Assembly (NCBI RefSeq): GCF_004010195.1
Contig: NC_057737.1
Location: forward strand, 1,455,418 to 1,519,417
Length of the DNA: 64,000 bases
Reading direction: 5' to 3'
From: Chiloscyllium plagiosum
Taxonomy: Eukaryota
A program made the position numbers and the translations under genes. Shown here piece after piece: positions 63,845-64,000 of the stretch (positions are counted from its first letter, which is position 1; each line of letters begins with the position of its first letter). The notes beneath the pieces are model-generated. The model searched no databases and was not told the origin of the DNA. It was given only the letters and a program-made list of their open reading frames with translations.

Positions 63845-64000
63845 GATTACCTACAGTGTGGAAACAGGCCCTTCGGCCCAACAAGTCCACACCGACCCAC
63901 CGAAGCGTAACCCACCCAGACCCATTCTCCTACATTTACCCCATACCTAACACTACGGGCAATTTAGCGTGGCCAATTCACCTAACCTGCACATTTTTGG
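63845..64000 (-). mobile_element. HE1-like V-SINE 3' part, truncated by the window end
   Basis: Nearly identical to 6705-6850. Confidence 0.85.

Overview
Repeat-rich vertebrate genomic DNA, almost certainly a shark: the SINEs are elasmobranch HE1/V-SINE type, with CR1 and Penelope-like families. A bamboo-shark-like species is only a guess. It is a draft assembly with six N-gaps. Read left to right: (1) a pinopsin gene on + (exons 1-4, 11465-18445, intact with K296/E113; exon 5 not visible, probably in the 500-N gap at 19253-19752); (2) the erythroid miR-144/451 cluster on +, unusually expanded, with one miR-144 (19795-19852) and TWO miR-451 hairpins (21052-21092 and 23081-23121), 1.2 and 3.2 kb away, that differ at the position opposite seed nucleotide 6; (3) ERAL1 on - (10 coding exons, 43626 down to 30021, first exon not visible); (4) after a second 500-N gap, six transmembrane/pore exons of a TRPV3-like channel on + (50203-60144). 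The rest is CR1/L2 LINE, Rex1, V-SINE, Deu-SINE and Penelope debris, including TSD-flanked inverted Penelope-type elements with hammerhead-like cores, and tandem repeats. Most ORFs in the supplied track are repeat or gap artefacts. All identifications come from reading the sequence and recalling homologues; no searches were run.
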